Notes under the pieces: model-generated
What the model was told of the DNA's origin: nothing
The model's input: the letters and a program-made list of their open reading frames with translations, nothing else
Databases searched by the model: none
Source of the DNA: an uncultured Chloroflexia bacterium
Lineage (GTDB): Bacteria > Chloroflexota > Limnocylindria > Limnocylindrales > CSP1-4
Assembly (NCBI GenBank): GCA_963833225.1
Contig: CAWHXD010000019.1
Coordinates: forward strand, 64,001 to 128,000
Direction of reading: 5' to 3'
DNA length: 64,000 bases
Shown: one piece after another, positions 50,960 through 61,847 of the stretch
Numbering within the stretch: position 1 is the first letter of the stretch
Layout: every line of letters starts with the position of its first letter
Position numbers and translations under genes: made by a program

Positions 50960-51109
50960 GTCCCTCGAGCCCGCCGGCGGTGACCCGCCGGCGGGCCCGG
51001 CCACTCGCCCCCAGCCCCCGTATCGCCCGGCATCGGGCCGCCCCGCCCCCGTATCGCCCGCGGCCCCATGCGTCCCGGGGCCATCAGCGGCCCGCGGACC
51101 CCTGCCGGG

Positions 51110-53101
51110 TCAGGGTGACGCCGTCCCAGTGACAGGGCCGCAGGCGATCCACGTCCCGAGTGGGCGCGAACCGACGGGCGCCTCGCCGCCACCGACGAAG
51201 ACGAGGTCGCCGCTCCGGGCAATCACCATCCCGGCAAGATCGACGAGCGCTACCCCGTCCGGACCGACCTGACCCGCGTACCCGAACGGCCACACCACCG
51301 GGACGAGCGTCCCGCCCTGGGCCGCAACGGCCAGGCCGAGGACGCGATCCTCGACGATCTTGCCCTCGAGCAGCGCGGCCGGGCACGCCTGGGCCGTCGC
51401 GCCCGGCCCCTCCATCCATCGCGGTCCACTGGTCGGGATCCGGACGGCGCCGTTGCCCGCGTCCATGCCCCGCTTCACCAGGTCCACGATCCACGAGGTC
51501 ACGTAGCCCTCGCCGATTGCGACCTCCTCCGGGCCACGCTGGCCGTGCACCGCGGACGCGCTGCCGTCCCAGCCGTCCGCCGGGACCAGGACGACCACGA
51601 CGTCGAAGGGATACAGGCGGTCGCAGGCCGCGTCGGGCGGACAGGTGTCATCGACGACGATGAGCACGGCCTCGTCATAGGCATCGGGCACGCGCTGGCG
51701 GACGAGCGCGATTGCCCCTTCGCAGTCGGCGGGGGCGATCCGCCCGCAGCGGACGATCGGTCCCAGGTCCAGGGGCCCGGCCGGTCCAGGAGTTGCGGTC
51801 GGCGTCGCCGGGGCATGGGAGACAGCGTGGGGGGCCTCGGTCGGCGCGGGGGGCGTCGCCGCCGTGGCCACTCCGGGGAGCACCCGGATGGTGACCGAGG
51901 CGATGAGGTCGTGAGGCTCGCCACCGCACAGGTCCGGTGTCAAATTCGGGCCGGCGGCGATGCCCAGCCGCGCCGTGAGCGTCCACGTGCCCGCCGGGAG
52001 CCGCAGGACGTCGCTGGCGCGGCCGTCTGGGCCGATGTCGAGGTACGCCTTCACGAACGCGTCGTTGGGCGCCGGGTTGTCGTTCGAGTACGAGCCCCCC
52101 TTGATCCAGGGATGGGTTCGGGGCGAGCCGCGCTCGTAGCTCGTCGTCCGACACATCAGCATCGACGGGATGACGCCCGTGGAGCGGTCACCGCCGACCT
52201 CCTGCACGGAGAAGGTGACCGGCCCATCCGCGGACCGCACCTCGACGATCGGCTCCGGACCCAGGTACTCGACTACGGCCACGGCGTCGATCGCCTCGCC
52301 CTCGCGGTAGATCGACCGGTCCGCTCGCAACACCAGGCTGAACCGCGCGTCGGCGTCGCGGACCTCAACGGGCGCCGCGCCCGTGTCGGCCGTCGTCGCG
52401 GGCACGACCGTCACGAGGACGGACGCGCTCAGGCCGGTCGCGAACGTGGCCGTGAGATCCCACGTGCCGGGCGGCAGGTGCAGTGCGTCCCCACTCTCGA
52501 GGTACTGCTCGACGAACGCGTCGTTGACCGGATCGCCGCCGGTCGTGCCCCCCGATTTCTGCCACGGGTACCGCACGACCTCGCTCCGCTGGAACGACGT
52601 CGTGGTCAACAGGTCACGGACGCCGCCGTCGACGTGTCGCTTGCCGCCCACCTCCATGACGCTGAACACGACGGGGCTCGAGGTGTGCTCGACGTCGGTC
52701 GTTGACTCCGGGCCGAGGAACTCCACGGTCGCCTCCGCGATGATCGCCTCCCCCTCGGCGTAGGCGGATCGATCGGCGGTGAGGATGATCCGGAAGCGGC
52801 CGTCTTCGTTGGTCCCGGTGACCGGACCCGGGAAGCCGTCCACGACGGCCCCGGCCGACGCTGTAGGGGATGGCGTCGTCGAACCCGGTGCGGCCGAGCC
52901 GGGCGTCGTCGGGCCCGTCCCGCCCCGGCCCACGATCGCGACCCCCACGATGGCGACCACAGCCACCACCACCAGCGACATCGGCAGGGCGGCCGTGGCG
53001 CGGACGGCTCGACGGGCGTCGTCAGCGGGCGGTTTCGCGGTGGCGGCCACGCGATTCCAGTCGCGAAGCAGGGTGTCGATGTCCTCGTCGGAGCGCTTCA
53101 T
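51110..53101 (-). CDS. Putative anti-sigma membrane protein with tandem Ig-like extracytoplasmic repeats
   Basis: Short cytoplasmic N-terminus, one TM, two similar repeats (ADRS.Y.EGEAI...VE.LGPE); ATGA-coupled to the ECF sigma. Confidence 0.7.
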   Translation of the reverse strand: MKRSDEDIDTLLRDWNRVAATAKPPADDARRAVRATAALPMSLVVVAVVAIVGVAIVGRGGTGPTTPGSAAPGSTTPSPTASAGAVVDGFPGPVTGTNEDGRFRIILTADRSAYAEGEAIIAEATVEFLGPESTTDVEHTSSPVVFSVMEVGGKRHVDGGVRDLLTTTSFQRSEVVRYPWQKSGGTTGGDPVNDAFVEQYLESGDALHLPPGTWDLTATFATGLSASVLVTVVPATTADTGAAPVEVRDADARFSLVLRADRSIYREGEAIDAVAVVEYLGPEPIVEVRSADGPVTFSVQEVGGDRSTGVIPSMLMCRTTSYERGSPRTHPWIKGGSYSNDNPAPNDAFVKAYLDIGPDGRASDVLRLPAGTWTLTARLGIAAGPNLTPDLCGGEPHDLIASVTIRVLPGVATAATPPAPTEAPHAVSHAPATPTATPGPAGPLDLGPIVRCGRIAPADCEGAIALVRQRVPDAYDEAVLIVVDDTCPPDAACDRLYPFDVVVVLVPADGWDGSASAVHGQRGPEEVAIGEGYVTSWIVDLVKRGMDAGNGAVRIPTSGPRWMEGPGATAQACPAALLEGKIVEDRVLGLAVAAQGGTLVPVVWPFGYAGQVGPDGVALVDLAGMVIARSGDLVFVGGGEAPVGSRPLGTWIACGPVTGTASP

Positions 53102-53589
53102 CGCGCGTCCTCCAGCTTGCGTCGCGCGCGGCTGGCCGCCGCACGGAGGGCACCCGGCGTGGTGCCCATGAGCTCAGCGGCTTCCTCGTAGGTCCGACCG
53201 TCTACCGCGGTCATCACCAGCGCGGTCCGCTCGAGTGGGAGCAGCCCCGCCATCGCGTCCCGCAGGTCCAGCCAGCGGTCCGCAACGGCGGCGTCCAGGG
53301 TCGCGGGTCGAGCCCCGCCGCCGGCCGTCAGCCGCCGCCGCAGCCGCCGGAACCGATCCTGGGCCAGCCGTCGCGTCGTCACGATCAGCCACGGGAGGAC
53401 GCTGTCGGCCCAGTCCAGCCGATCGCGCTCGCGCCACAGGCGAGCGAACGCCTCCTGCGCGAGGTCCTCGGCCGCGGCCCAGTCGTTGGTCCAGGAGAGG
53501 GCGAACCGGAACACGTCGGACCACAGCGCCTCGTAGACGGAGGCGTACCGCTCCTCGGCGTTCAACCTGACGGACACGGCGATGACCAC
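53098..53589 (-). CDS. ECF RNA polymerase sigma factor
   Basis: AEDLAQEAF, PWL, region 4 YEEAAELMGTTPGALRAAASRARRKL. Confidence 0.88.
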   Translation of the reverse strand: MVIAVSVRLNAEERYASVYEALWSDVFRFALSWTNDWAAAEDLAQEAFARLWRERDRLDWADSVLPWLIVTTRRLAQDRFRRLRRRLTAGGGARPATLDAAVADRWLDLRDAMAGLLPLERTALVMTAVDGRTYEEAAELMGTTPGALRAAASRARRKLEDAR

Positions 53590-53719
53590 ACCTCAATCAC
53601 GCACGAGGGCGGCGAAACGCACGCGCTGCGACGCACCGTATCAAGCCAGGGCGCCGGTCGCCCGCTGCCCGCGGGTGTGGCCGGCGCCCGGCCGGACGAG
53701 AACTGGGACGGCCGCGCGC

Positions 53720-53890
53720 CCGGGTGACCACAACTCTGCGCCAGATATCACCCCAGGCTGATACAGCAACCGATCAGGCGCCGAGACGCGCCTGCAATAT
53801 CACCAGGGACCGATACACGGCCTGTCTTGCGGTCGTGGCTGGTGGCAATAGCAGTACCCACCTATATCTGGTGCAGTCGGGCGGACCCGG
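53720..53890. other. AT-richer structured intergenic element with inverted repeats
   Basis: CTGCGCCAGATAT (53736-48) pairs with ATATCTGGTGCAG (53864-76); two TATCA-N8-YGATA sites. Confidence 0.5.
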
Positions 53891-54179
53891 TGCCCATCGG
53901 AGGCCCGCAACTGCGGTGGCACGGCCGAGGCCGTGATCCAGGCCCCAAGCGCGAGGCCCCGGGCCCGCAGGCCGCAAGGACCCGGGCTCCAGCCGCATAT
54001 CCACCCCGGAATCCGCCCGGACCACCACACCGGACCACGATCCGCTCACCACCCGGGACCGGCCCGCATCTGCTCTGGACCCGCCGGGCAGCCGCAACCG
54101 GCCCGGATGCCGCATCCTGAGGGGCAACAGCCGGGCCGCGCACCCACCCGCCCGCGCGGCACGCGGAAGGAGCACGCGC

Positions 54180-55583
54180 ATGCCGCAGGCAGATCGAGTC
54201 GTGGACATCCTCGCGGGACGACCCGCGATCGGCGAGCGGGCCACGGTCCAGGGGTGGATTCGCACCCGGCGCGACTCGAAGGCGGGCCTGTCGTTCCTCG
54301 CCGTCCACGACGGCTCGTGCTTCCCCACGTTCCAGGTCGTGGCCCCGAACACCCTGGCCAACTACGAGTCGGAGGTCCTGCACCTCACGGCCGGCTGCGC
54401 CGTGACCGTGACGGGGACCCTTGCCGAGTCGCAGGGCAGGGGCCAGGCCGTGGAGCTCCAGGCGGACGACGTGACGGTCGTCGGCTGGGTGGACGATCCC
54501 GACACGTACCCGATCCAGCCCAAGCAGCACAGCTTCGAGTACCTGCGCGAGGTCGCCCACCTGCGCCCGCGCACGAACACCTTCGGCGCCATGGCCCGCG
54601 TCCGGCACACCCTCGCGATGGCGATTCACGAGTGGTTCGACACCAACGGCTATGCGTGGATCCACACCCCGATCATCACCGCGAGCGATGCGGAGGGCGC
54701 AGGCGAGCTGTTCCGGGTCTCCACCCTGGACCTCGCGAACCTTCCGCGCACCCCCGTCGGCGGCGTCGACTATTCGACCGACTTCTTCGGCAAGCCGGCC
54801 TTCCTCACCGTGTCGGGCCAGCTCAACGTGGAGGCGTACTGCCTCGCCCTGGGCCGCGTGTACACCTTCGGGCCCACGTTCCGGGCCGAGAACTCCAACA
54901 CCAGCCGCCACCTGTCCGAGTTCTGGATGGTGGAGCCGGAGATCGCGTTCGCTGACATTCACGACAACGCCGACGTCGCCGAGGCGCTGCTCAAGGCCAG
55001 CTTCCGGACCCTGCTCGAGCGCCGTCCGGACGACATGGCGTTCTTCGCCGAGCGCATCGACAAGGAGGCCATCACCCGCCTCGAGGGCCTGATCACGAGC
55101 GAGTTCGTGCGCATGGAGTACACGGAGGCGATCGCGGTTCTCGAGCGGGCGAAGCGGACCTGGGAGTTCCCGGTCAGCTGGGGCGTCGCGCTCCAGGCCG
55201 AGCACGAGCGCTACCTGTGCGAGGAGTACGCGAAGAAGCCGGTGGTGGTCATCAACTACCCCAGGGAGATCAAGGCGTTCTACATGCGCCTCAACGACGA
55301 CGAGCGCACCGTGGCGGCGATGGACGTCCTGGCCCCGGGCATCGGCGAGATCGTGGGCGGCAGCCAGCGCGAGGAGCGGCTGGACGTGCTGGACGCCCGG
55401 ATCCGCGAGACCGGTCTCGACCCGCAGGTCTACTGGTGGTACCGCGACCTGCGCCGGTACGGCACGGTGCCGCACGCGGGGTTCGGCCTCGGGTTCGACC
55501 GGGCGCTGGCGTACGCGACGGGAATGGCCAACATCCGGGACGTCATCCCGTTCCCGCGGACGCCGTCCAGCGCCGACTTCTAG
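54180..55583 (+). CDS. asnS: Asparagine--tRNA ligase
   Basis: [49 protein letters not shown]. Confidence 0.97.
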   Translation: MPQADRVVDILAGRPAIGERATVQGWIRTRRDSKAGLSFLAVHDGSCFPTFQVVAPNTLANYESEVLHLTAGCAVTVTGTLAESQGRGQAVELQADDVTVVGWVDDPDTYPIQPKQHSFEYLREVAHLRPRTNTFGAMARVRHTLAMAIHEWFDTNGYAWIHTPIITASDAEGAGELFRVSTLDLANLPRTPVGGVDYSTDFFGKPAFLTVSGQLNVEAYCLALGRVYTFGPTFRAENSNTSRHLSEFWMVEPEIAFADIHDNADVAEALLKASFRTLLERRPDDMAFFAERIDKEAITRLEGLITSEFVRMEYTEAIAVLERAKRTWEFPVSWGVALQAEHERYLCEEYAKKPVVVINYPREIKAFYMRLNDDERTVAAMDVLAPGIGEIVGGSQREERLDVLDARIRETGLDPQVYWWYRDLRRYGTVPHAGFGLGFDRALAYATGMANIRDVIPFPRTPSSADF

Positions 55584-55609
55584 GCCGACGATACCGGCCG
55601 GGAGGAGCG

Positions 55610-55975
55610 ATGACCGTCGAACCTGGCGAGCGACGCATCCTGGTCGCCATCAAGGCGTTCCACTCGGCGATCTTCCTGGTCATGCTGTCGTCGATCCTGT
55701 GGCTGGTCTGGACCGGGATCACGGGCCGGCGGGATCGGGGCGTGGCCGTGGCGGGAGCGCTCGTCGCTGTCGAATCCGCGGTGTTCGTGGTGAACGGTGG
55801 CGTGTGCCCGCTGACGCCGCTTGCCGAGCGCCACGGAGCCGGCCGCGGCGGGGTGTCCGACATCTTCCTGCCGGATGCGCTGGCCCGGACCATCCCGTTC
55901 TGGGCGACACCGCTGGTGGTGCTGGGCGCCGGCCTCCACCTGCGCGGGATCGTCGCGGCCCGCCGTCGCGGCTGA
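55610..55975 (+). CDS. Small membrane protein with CPLT motif (DUF2784-like)
   Basis: Three TMs, [17 protein letters not shown]; GGAGG RBS. Confidence 0.75.
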   Translation: MTVEPGERRILVAIKAFHSAIFLVMLSSILWLVWTGITGRRDRGVAVAGALVAVESAVFVVNGGVCPLTPLAERHGAGRGGVSDIFLPDALARTIPFWATPLVVLGAGLHLRGIVAARRRG

Positions 55976-56027
55976 CGGGAGCCAAGGGGGCGCTGCAGTC
56001 CCGCCGTGGGCTGGCGGTCACGTGGCC

Positions 56028-57581
56028 TCAGCCCCGCTGGCGCCGCGGGTTGACTCGTCGACCGCGCCCCGGCCCCTCGGTGGGCACGCCCGCGGCGAGC
56101 GCCTCGGCCGTGACCGGGTCGGGCGGTGGCGGGAGGACCGGGAGCTCGACCTGGTCCACGAGCCCGGACCGGATGATCCGGCGCATCTCCGCGTCCACGG
56201 CCGCGTCCGTCTCGATCGGCCGATAGGCGGCGAGCCGGCGGTCCACCTCGTCGCAGGCCCGGCCGTAGGTGTCCTTGCCGCCGGCTCGGAGCCAGCCCTC
56301 GCGGTTGTCGCGCATGATCACGGGCGAGGGGAGGTGGAGCTCCGTGGGCCAGTGGGCCGAGGTGTGGTCGGCCATGATCAGGTGTTGGTCCGTCATGACC
56401 TTGTCCACGAGCGCCTGGACCGGCAGGTCGTCCTGGACGCGGATCTCGCGCACGAACCGGAGCGCCTGGCCGCATATCTCGTCGTCGAAGACCAGCTTGG
56501 GCAGGCTGAACACCAGCAGGAAGTCCAGCATCCCGGGGCCGCTGACGCTGTTCACGCCGGCGAGGGCGGCGATCAACGCGCTGCCGAAGGTCTCCGCACC
56601 GGCCTGGGCGTCGAGGATCGGCGCGTCGGAGAGCGCCATATACGACTGGCAGGGAAGCTCGAGCGCCTTGGCGACGGCGGTGTACGCGGCGTCCAGTTGG
56701 ACGGCCTCGATGGCGGACATGGGCGAGCTGGCAACCTTCATGTGGAAGGTGGCCGGCGCGCCGCCGAACAGGACCGGGGCTCCCGGGCGGATCACCTGGG
56801 CCATCGTGATCCCGGCCAGGACGTCGATCGTGTGGAACACCGTCGCCCCCACGGTCGTGACCGGCGCGACCAGCCCCATCAGGGTGACCGGCACGATCTC
56901 GACCGGGATGCCGGCCTCGACGCAGTCGATCAGGTTCTGGCAGGAGTCCTCGGAATACCGGAAGTTGCCGGTCGCGGTGATCGTGAAGATCGACATCGGG
57001 CGCGCCACCAGGTCAGCGCGGTCTGCCCGGAAGAGCTGCATCAGCTCCACCATCCGCGGCACGCCGTGTTCGGTGAACGCGCCCGAGACGACGGGCTTCT
57101 TCGAGTTGGCCAGGACCATGTACAGGCGCCACGCGTCGGACACGCCGGGCTCGATGTCGTCGTTGGTGGAGAACGCCGTGGCCAGGTAGGCGATGTGGTC
57201 CAGCCCGTCGCCCAGGCGAACGTATTCCACGAAGTCGGTCGAATTCGCCAGCCGCACCTCGCCGGTCCGGTGATCAAGCCACTTGAGGCCGGACGAGCCG
57301 GGCACGAAGTGGACGCGATCCCCGCCGAGGTCCGCATGCGGGACGCCATCGCGGTCGTAGAGCGTGAACGCGGACGGGGCGCTCGCGATGGCCGCCTCCA
57401 CGATGTCGCGCGGGAACAGGACCCGGTCACCGGCGGCATTGGTGGGCAGGCCGGCCGCCACCAGCCGTCGCCGCATCTCGGCGCTGCGGATCTCCATCCC
57501 CGTCTCGGCCAGCACGCGCTTGGCCTCGTCGAGGATCTGGCCGATCAGGTCGTCCGACAGGACGCGAAGGGTGGGGCGCAT
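56028..57581 (-). CDS. Trimethylamine methyltransferase (MttB) superfamily protein, non-pyrrolysine
   Basis: [58 protein letters not shown]; no in-frame TAG. Confidence 0.9.
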   Translation of the reverse strand: MRPTLRVLSDDLIGQILDEAKRVLAETGMEIRSAEMRRRLVAAGLPTNAAGDRVLFPRDIVEAAIASAPSAFTLYDRDGVPHADLGGDRVHFVPGSSGLKWLDHRTGEVRLANSTDFVEYVRLGDGLDHIAYLATAFSTNDDIEPGVSDAWRLYMVLANSKKPVVSGAFTEHGVPRMVELMQLFRADRADLVARPMSIFTITATGNFRYSEDSCQNLIDCVEAGIPVEIVPVTLMGLVAPVTTVGATVFHTIDVLAGITMAQVIRPGAPVLFGGAPATFHMKVASSPMSAIEAVQLDAAYTAVAKALELPCQSYMALSDAPILDAQAGAETFGSALIAALAGVNSVSGPGMLDFLLVFSLPKLVFDDEICGQALRFVREIRVQDDLPVQALVDKVMTDQHLIMADHTSAHWPTELHLPSPVIMRDNREGWLRAGGKDTYGRACDEVDRRLAAYRPIETDAAVDAEMRRIIRSGLVDQVELPVLPPPPDPVTAEALAAGVPTEGPGRGRRVNPRRQRG

Positions 57582-57697
57582 CAGGGTGGAAACCCTACCG
57601 CATGGGGGCGGGCCCGGCAGGCGCCACGACACCGAGCGGAACGGCCCGCGCGGCGTGCCGGGGTCCGGGCAGGCGCCCGTCGTTGCGGCGCCGACCT

Positions 57698-58813
57698 CTA
57701 GGACCGGATTGGCGAGCCCGATCCGCTCCCCGAACGGTCGTCCGATCCACCACTGGAGCCGCCACCGGAGCCGCCGCTGGGCCGCGGCGTCTCGCCTGGC
57801 CCGCCGCCCGGCGACCCGGACCCCGACCCGGACCCCGACCCGGACCCCGACCCGGACCCCGACCCGTGGGGCATCGCGGACGGGTTGCCGCTCGCGCGGG
57901 GCGCCTTCGTGGCATCGGGCGACGGCGCGCCGCCCTGTCCACCCGACGACGCCGACGGCTTCGGGCCGGGCGACCCCGCCGATCCCTGCGTGTGTCCAGA
58001 CGTCGACGCTGGCATCGAGCCGCGTGGCGACGCTGGCGTGCCGGGCGGCGGTTCGGCGGTCGCCCCGGGACCCGGGCCAGGACCGGGCCCATCGCCGTCG
58101 CCGGGCTCCCCGAGTGCTGCGAGGAACGCCCGTCCGGCGACGCGATCCCGCTCGCGGACCGCCTCGAGCCCAAGATCCCCCGTCCCGATGCCGGCGATCA
58201 CCTCGAGCTGGGCGCGGACTCGGGCGGCGAGCGGAGTGGCCGCCTGCGGGTCGGCGACCGGGATCGCTGCCGCCTCGGTCGCGATGCTGGCATACGCTCG
58301 GAGCGCGGCGGTCACGCCCGCGGCGTCGCCCCGCCCGGACGCGTCGAGCGCCTCGCGGACGCGCGCCTCGAGCCGCCCGACCTGCGCCCCTGCCCGGTCC
58401 GCCGACCCCTGCGGCAGCCCGAGCTCCTCGGCCGCGACGCGCGTGTCGTACAGCGGTCCACCGGGGGCGGACGCGGCGACGGTCCCCAGGCTCGCCGCGA
58501 GCAGGGCACATGCCGCGACGAGGACGAACACCGGGCGGCGCCCGCCTCGACGGATCATGGGCGCCGCGCTGGTCATGGGACGGGTGCGACCGGCGGTCCC
58601 CGGGCGAGGTTCGGCCCGGCTCGCCGACGCGCTGGCGAACGCGCCCAGCACCGCCGCCCGGCTCGCGTCGGGTCGGCGACCGTCGTCATCGGGTTCGGCG
58701 GTGGCGACGGTCGCTGTCATGAGGGCGGCGACATCCTCGACGCCCTCGTCGTCCCACGCGTCGCCCGCCGGTGGGCGAACCAGGAGGTCCCGGACTCGAT
58801 TGATGAGGCTCAT
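57698..58813 (-). CDS. Putative anti-sigma factor (DUF5667-like) with Gly/Ser-rich tail
   Basis: TM followed by [16 protein letters not shown], helical domain, GS repeats; ATGA-coupled to the ECF sigma. Confidence 0.7.
   Translation of the reverse strand: MSLINRVRDLLVRPPAGDAWDDEGVEDVAALMTATVATAEPDDDGRRPDASRAAVLGAFASASASRAEPRPGTAGRTRPMTSAAPMIRRGGRRPVFVLVAACALLAASLGTVAASAPGGPLYDTRVAAEELGLPQGSADRAGAQVGRLEARVREALDASGRGDAAGVTAALRAYASIATEAAAIPVADPQAATPLAARVRAQLEVIAGIGTGDLGLEAVRERDRVAGRAFLAALGEPGDGDGPGPGPGPGATAEPPPGTPASPRGSMPASTSGHTQGSAGSPGPKPSASSGGQGGAPSPDATKAPRASGNPSAMPHGSGSGSGSGSGSGSGSGSPGGGPGETPRPSGGSGGGSSGGSDDRSGSGSGSPIRS
57812..57866. repeat. 12-bp tandem repeat CGACCCGGACCC x4.5 (encodes GSGS)
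   Basis: Directly visible. Confidence 0.85.
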
Positions 58814-59391
58814 CGGGCATCCTCGTCGAACGGCAGGCCGGCCGGCTCCAGGAGCTCACGGAGCCGCACGAGGGCGCGGTGCTGCAGGACGCGGACCGCG
58901 CCGTTGCTCCGTCCCATGAGCACGGCCGTCTCGCCCGGTGACAGCTCCGCGAAGAACCGCCACTCGAGCACCTGGCGCTGGTCGTCCGGCAGGGCGTCGA
59001 GGGCCCCCCGGAGGCGATCGCGATCCTGGCCTCGCTCGGCCAGGGCGACCGGGTCCCCCACGTTCGCGGGCCGCTCGACCGCCGCCTCCAGCGAGACCGC
59101 GGGGTGCGTCGTCCGGCGATGGTCGATCACGGTGTTCCGCGCGATGCGGAACACCCAGGCCCCGAAGGGCAGGCCACGCGGCTGGTAGCGGGGGAGAGCC
59201 TCGATCATCTTGACGAACGTCCGTTGCAGCAGCTCCTCGGCGACATCGCCGCTGCCGACCTGGTGGCGCAGGAATCGGCGCACGCGAGGAGCAAAGGCAT
59301 CGTAGAGATCGGCGAACGCGGCACTGTCACCAGCGGCGGCACGTTCGACGAGCGCATCGACCGCGGCATCATCGGGAGGGCGGATGTCCAT
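58810..59391 (-). CDS. ECF RNA polymerase sigma factor
   Basis: GDSAAFADLYD, AEELLQRTF, AWVFRIARN, LSPGETAVLMGRSNGAVRVLQHRAL. Confidence 0.92.
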   Translation of the reverse strand: MDIRPPDDAAVDALVERAAAGDSAAFADLYDAFAPRVRRFLRHQVGSGDVAEELLQRTFVKMIEALPRYQPRGLPFGAWVFRIARNTVIDHRRTTHPAVSLEAAVERPANVGDPVALAERGQDRDRLRGALDALPDDQRQVLEWRFFAELSPGETAVLMGRSNGAVRVLQHRALVRLRELLEPAGLPFDEDAR

Positions 59392-59528
59392 CTGGTGCGC
59401 CGGGTTACCTCCACGACTTGCTCGTGGGACGCTCCCCGATCGGCGGACCGGCCACTGCCGGCCTCATGCTGGCGCTCCACTGGACGACCCGCCATGGGCT
59501 CCCAGCCCCCGATCCCGCGGGTGCAAGG

Positions 59529-60149
59529 TCACGAACCGCCGTGCCCGCCTCGCTGGCCGCCCGGGTCGGGCGTAGCGTCGGGACTGCCGGGGCCCTGCTG
59601 CCCGGCCTGCTCCTGCTGCTGCTCCTGGACGGGCTCCTGCTGATCGCGCGTCTGCTCGCGGCTCTGCTCGCGCGTCTGATCGCGCGCGGGGTCCTGCTGA
59701 TCGCGGTTCTGCTCGCGCGCCTGCTCGCGGGCGGGATCGCTCCGGCCTCCGGTGGCCGGAGCCGCCGTCGCCGCTGCGTCGCCAGCACCGGTCCGGGTGC
59801 GGTCGCGGTCCGGGACGCAGGTCGTCCCGTCCGGCTCGCAGGTCTGGTCACGATCCTGATCCTGATCGCGATCCTGGTCGCGATCCCGGTCAGCCTCGAT
59901 CGCCGGGCTCGTCGCCTCGAGGACCACGTCGACACGATCACGGCTTCGGAGCTGATCCTGATCCTGGTCCTGACCCTCGGCAGGGTCCTGAGCGTGGATC
60001 CGGTCTCGATCCTGGTCGCCGCCCGTGCCGCCGACGCCGATCTGCGTGTCGGCCGCCACGAACGACGCCATCGCGAAGGTCGCCAGGAGGGCGCCACCGA
60101 GCACGGTGACCACCTTCCCGTGAGCGGAGGCGGAGATTTTGCTGGTCAT
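59529..60149 (-). CDS. Secreted low-complexity Gln/Asp/Arg-rich protein
   Basis: Signal peptide (..SFVAA), DQDRD, QTREQ and QEQ repeats, one CxxxxxxC pair. Confidence 0.7.
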   Translation of the reverse strand: MTSKISASAHGKVVTVLGGALLATFAMASFVAADTQIGVGGTGGDQDRDRIHAQDPAEGQDQDQDQLRSRDRVDVVLEATSPAIEADRDRDQDRDQDQDRDQTCEPDGTTCVPDRDRTRTGAGDAAATAAPATGGRSDPAREQAREQNRDQQDPARDQTREQSREQTRDQQEPVQEQQQEQAGQQGPGSPDATPDPGGQRGGHGGS

Positions 60150-60386
60150 GGCGGGAGATCCCTCCCAGGCAGGCGGCGGGCCTCTGCCCGGACTGCGCCA
60201 TCCCTGTTCGCCCAGCGACAACGAACGTTGCGGGAATCCTGTTACGCGGCGCGGTCGCCGGTCGGCCACCGCCTCCCGTCGCCGCCGTGAACGACCGTGC
60301 GCAATGCGGCGGCCCGCCCGACGTGTCGGACTGGCCGGAACGGCCGGACGGTCGACCCGCCGCGGCAGCGACCGCCGACCCGCGGG

Positions 60387-61706
60387 TCAGCGGTCCTTGA
60401 CCGCCACGAAGTCCCGTACGGGACGGCCGACGTACAGCTGGCGCGGGCGTCCGATGCGCGCCTGCGGGTCATGCATCATCTCGCGCCACTGGGCGATCCA
60501 GCCGGGCAGCCGCCCGATCGCGAACAGCACGGTGAACATCTGGGACGGGAACCCGAGCGCCCGGTAGATCAGGCCGCTGTAGAAGTCCACGTTCGGGTAC
60601 AGCTTGTGATCGATGAAGTACGGGTCGCTCAGGGCGACCTCCTCCAGCTCCATCGCGATCCGGAGCAGGTGATCGTCCCGGTGCATCCGCTCGAGGAGCG
60701 GCTGCGCGGCCGACTTGATGATCTGCGCCCGCGGGTCGTAGTTCTTGTAGACCCGGTGCCCGAAGCCCATCAGCCGGAACGGGTCCTCCTTGTCCTTGGC
60801 CCGCAACACGGCCTTGGCCACGTCGCCACCATCGGCGGCGATGGCCTCGAGCATCTGGAGCACCTCCTGGTTGGCGCCGCCGTGGAGCGGACCCCACAGG
60901 GCCGAGATGCCGGCCGCGACCGACGCGTAGAGGTTGGCGTGGCTGGAGCCCACCATGCGCACCGTCGATGTCGAGCAGTTCTGCTCGTGGTCCGCATGGA
61001 GGATCAACAGCACCCGGAGCGCCCGGAACGCCTCGGCGTCCGCGACGTATGGCTCGGACGGCACCGCGAACATCATCCGCAGGAAGTTCTCTTCGTAGGT
61101 GAGCGAGTTGTCCGGGTACACGAACGGCTGCCCGATCGACTTCTTGAACGCGGCCGCCGCGATCGTCGGCAGCTTGGCGATCAGGCGCACGCTGGACAGC
61201 TCCACGTCGCGATCATCGAGCACGTCGCCGGTGCCCTGGTAGAAGGTGGACAGAGCGCTCACGGCGGAGCCGAGGATCGCCATCGGGTGGGCGTCCATCG
61301 GGAACGCGTTGAAGAACTGCCGGAACTCCTCGCGGATCAGGGTGTGGCGCTTGATCTCGCTCGTCCAGGCGTCCAGCTGCGCGGCGTCGGGCAGCTCGCC
61401 GTTGATCAGCAGGTATGCCGTCTCGAGGAAGGTCGTCTGCTCGGCCAGCTGCTCGATCGGGTAGCCGCGGTAGCGCAGGATGCCCTTGTCGCCGTCGAGG
61501 AAGGTGATCGCGCTGCGCGTGGGTGCGGTGTTCGCATAGCCGTAGTCGAGCGTTACCAGCCCGGCGTCCTTGAGCAGGGGCGCGATGTTGATCGCCGACT
61601 GGCCATCGGTCGAGGCCTCGACCGGGAACGCCAGCTCCTTCTCGCCGATGGTGAGTCGCGCGAGCGCGGGCTCGTTGGTGCTCTCTGGACGCTCGGTCGT
61701 AGTCAT
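60387..61706 (-). CDS. gltA: Citrate synthase (type II)
   Basis: GILRYRGYPIEQL, HADHEQNCST, GPLHGGAN, GFGHRVYK, YPNVDFYSG. Confidence 0.97.
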   Translation of the reverse strand: MTTTERPESTNEPALARLTIGEKELAFPVEASTDGQSAINIAPLLKDAGLVTLDYGYANTAPTRSAITFLDGDKGILRYRGYPIEQLAEQTTFLETAYLLINGELPDAAQLDAWTSEIKRHTLIREEFRQFFNAFPMDAHPMAILGSAVSALSTFYQGTGDVLDDRDVELSSVRLIAKLPTIAAAAFKKSIGQPFVYPDNSLTYEENFLRMMFAVPSEPYVADAEAFRALRVLLILHADHEQNCSTSTVRMVGSSHANLYASVAAGISALWGPLHGGANQEVLQMLEAIAADGGDVAKAVLRAKDKEDPFRLMGFGHRVYKNYDPRAQIIKSAAQPLLERMHRDDHLLRIAMELEEVALSDPYFIDHKLYPNVDFYSGLIYRALGFPSQMFTVLFAIGRLPGWIAQWREMMHDPQARIGRPRQLYVGRPVRDFVAVKDR

Positions 61707-61847
61707 CGATGCACGCCTCCTCCTCCGCCCCGCCGCAACTCGACAGGTGCGGTCGTCGACGCCAACGGTGGCCGGGAGCCTCAGGGTAGACAAGGGCCAT
61801 TGGCTCGTTACGACCGCCCCACCGGCCCGTGCCACCTCGCCCGCCAG

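Noticed and set aside
56028-58511. 827-aa fusion ORF including MttB
   Set aside because: The N-terminal ~300 aa is an alternative frame of the anti-sigma gene; the real start is ATG 57581
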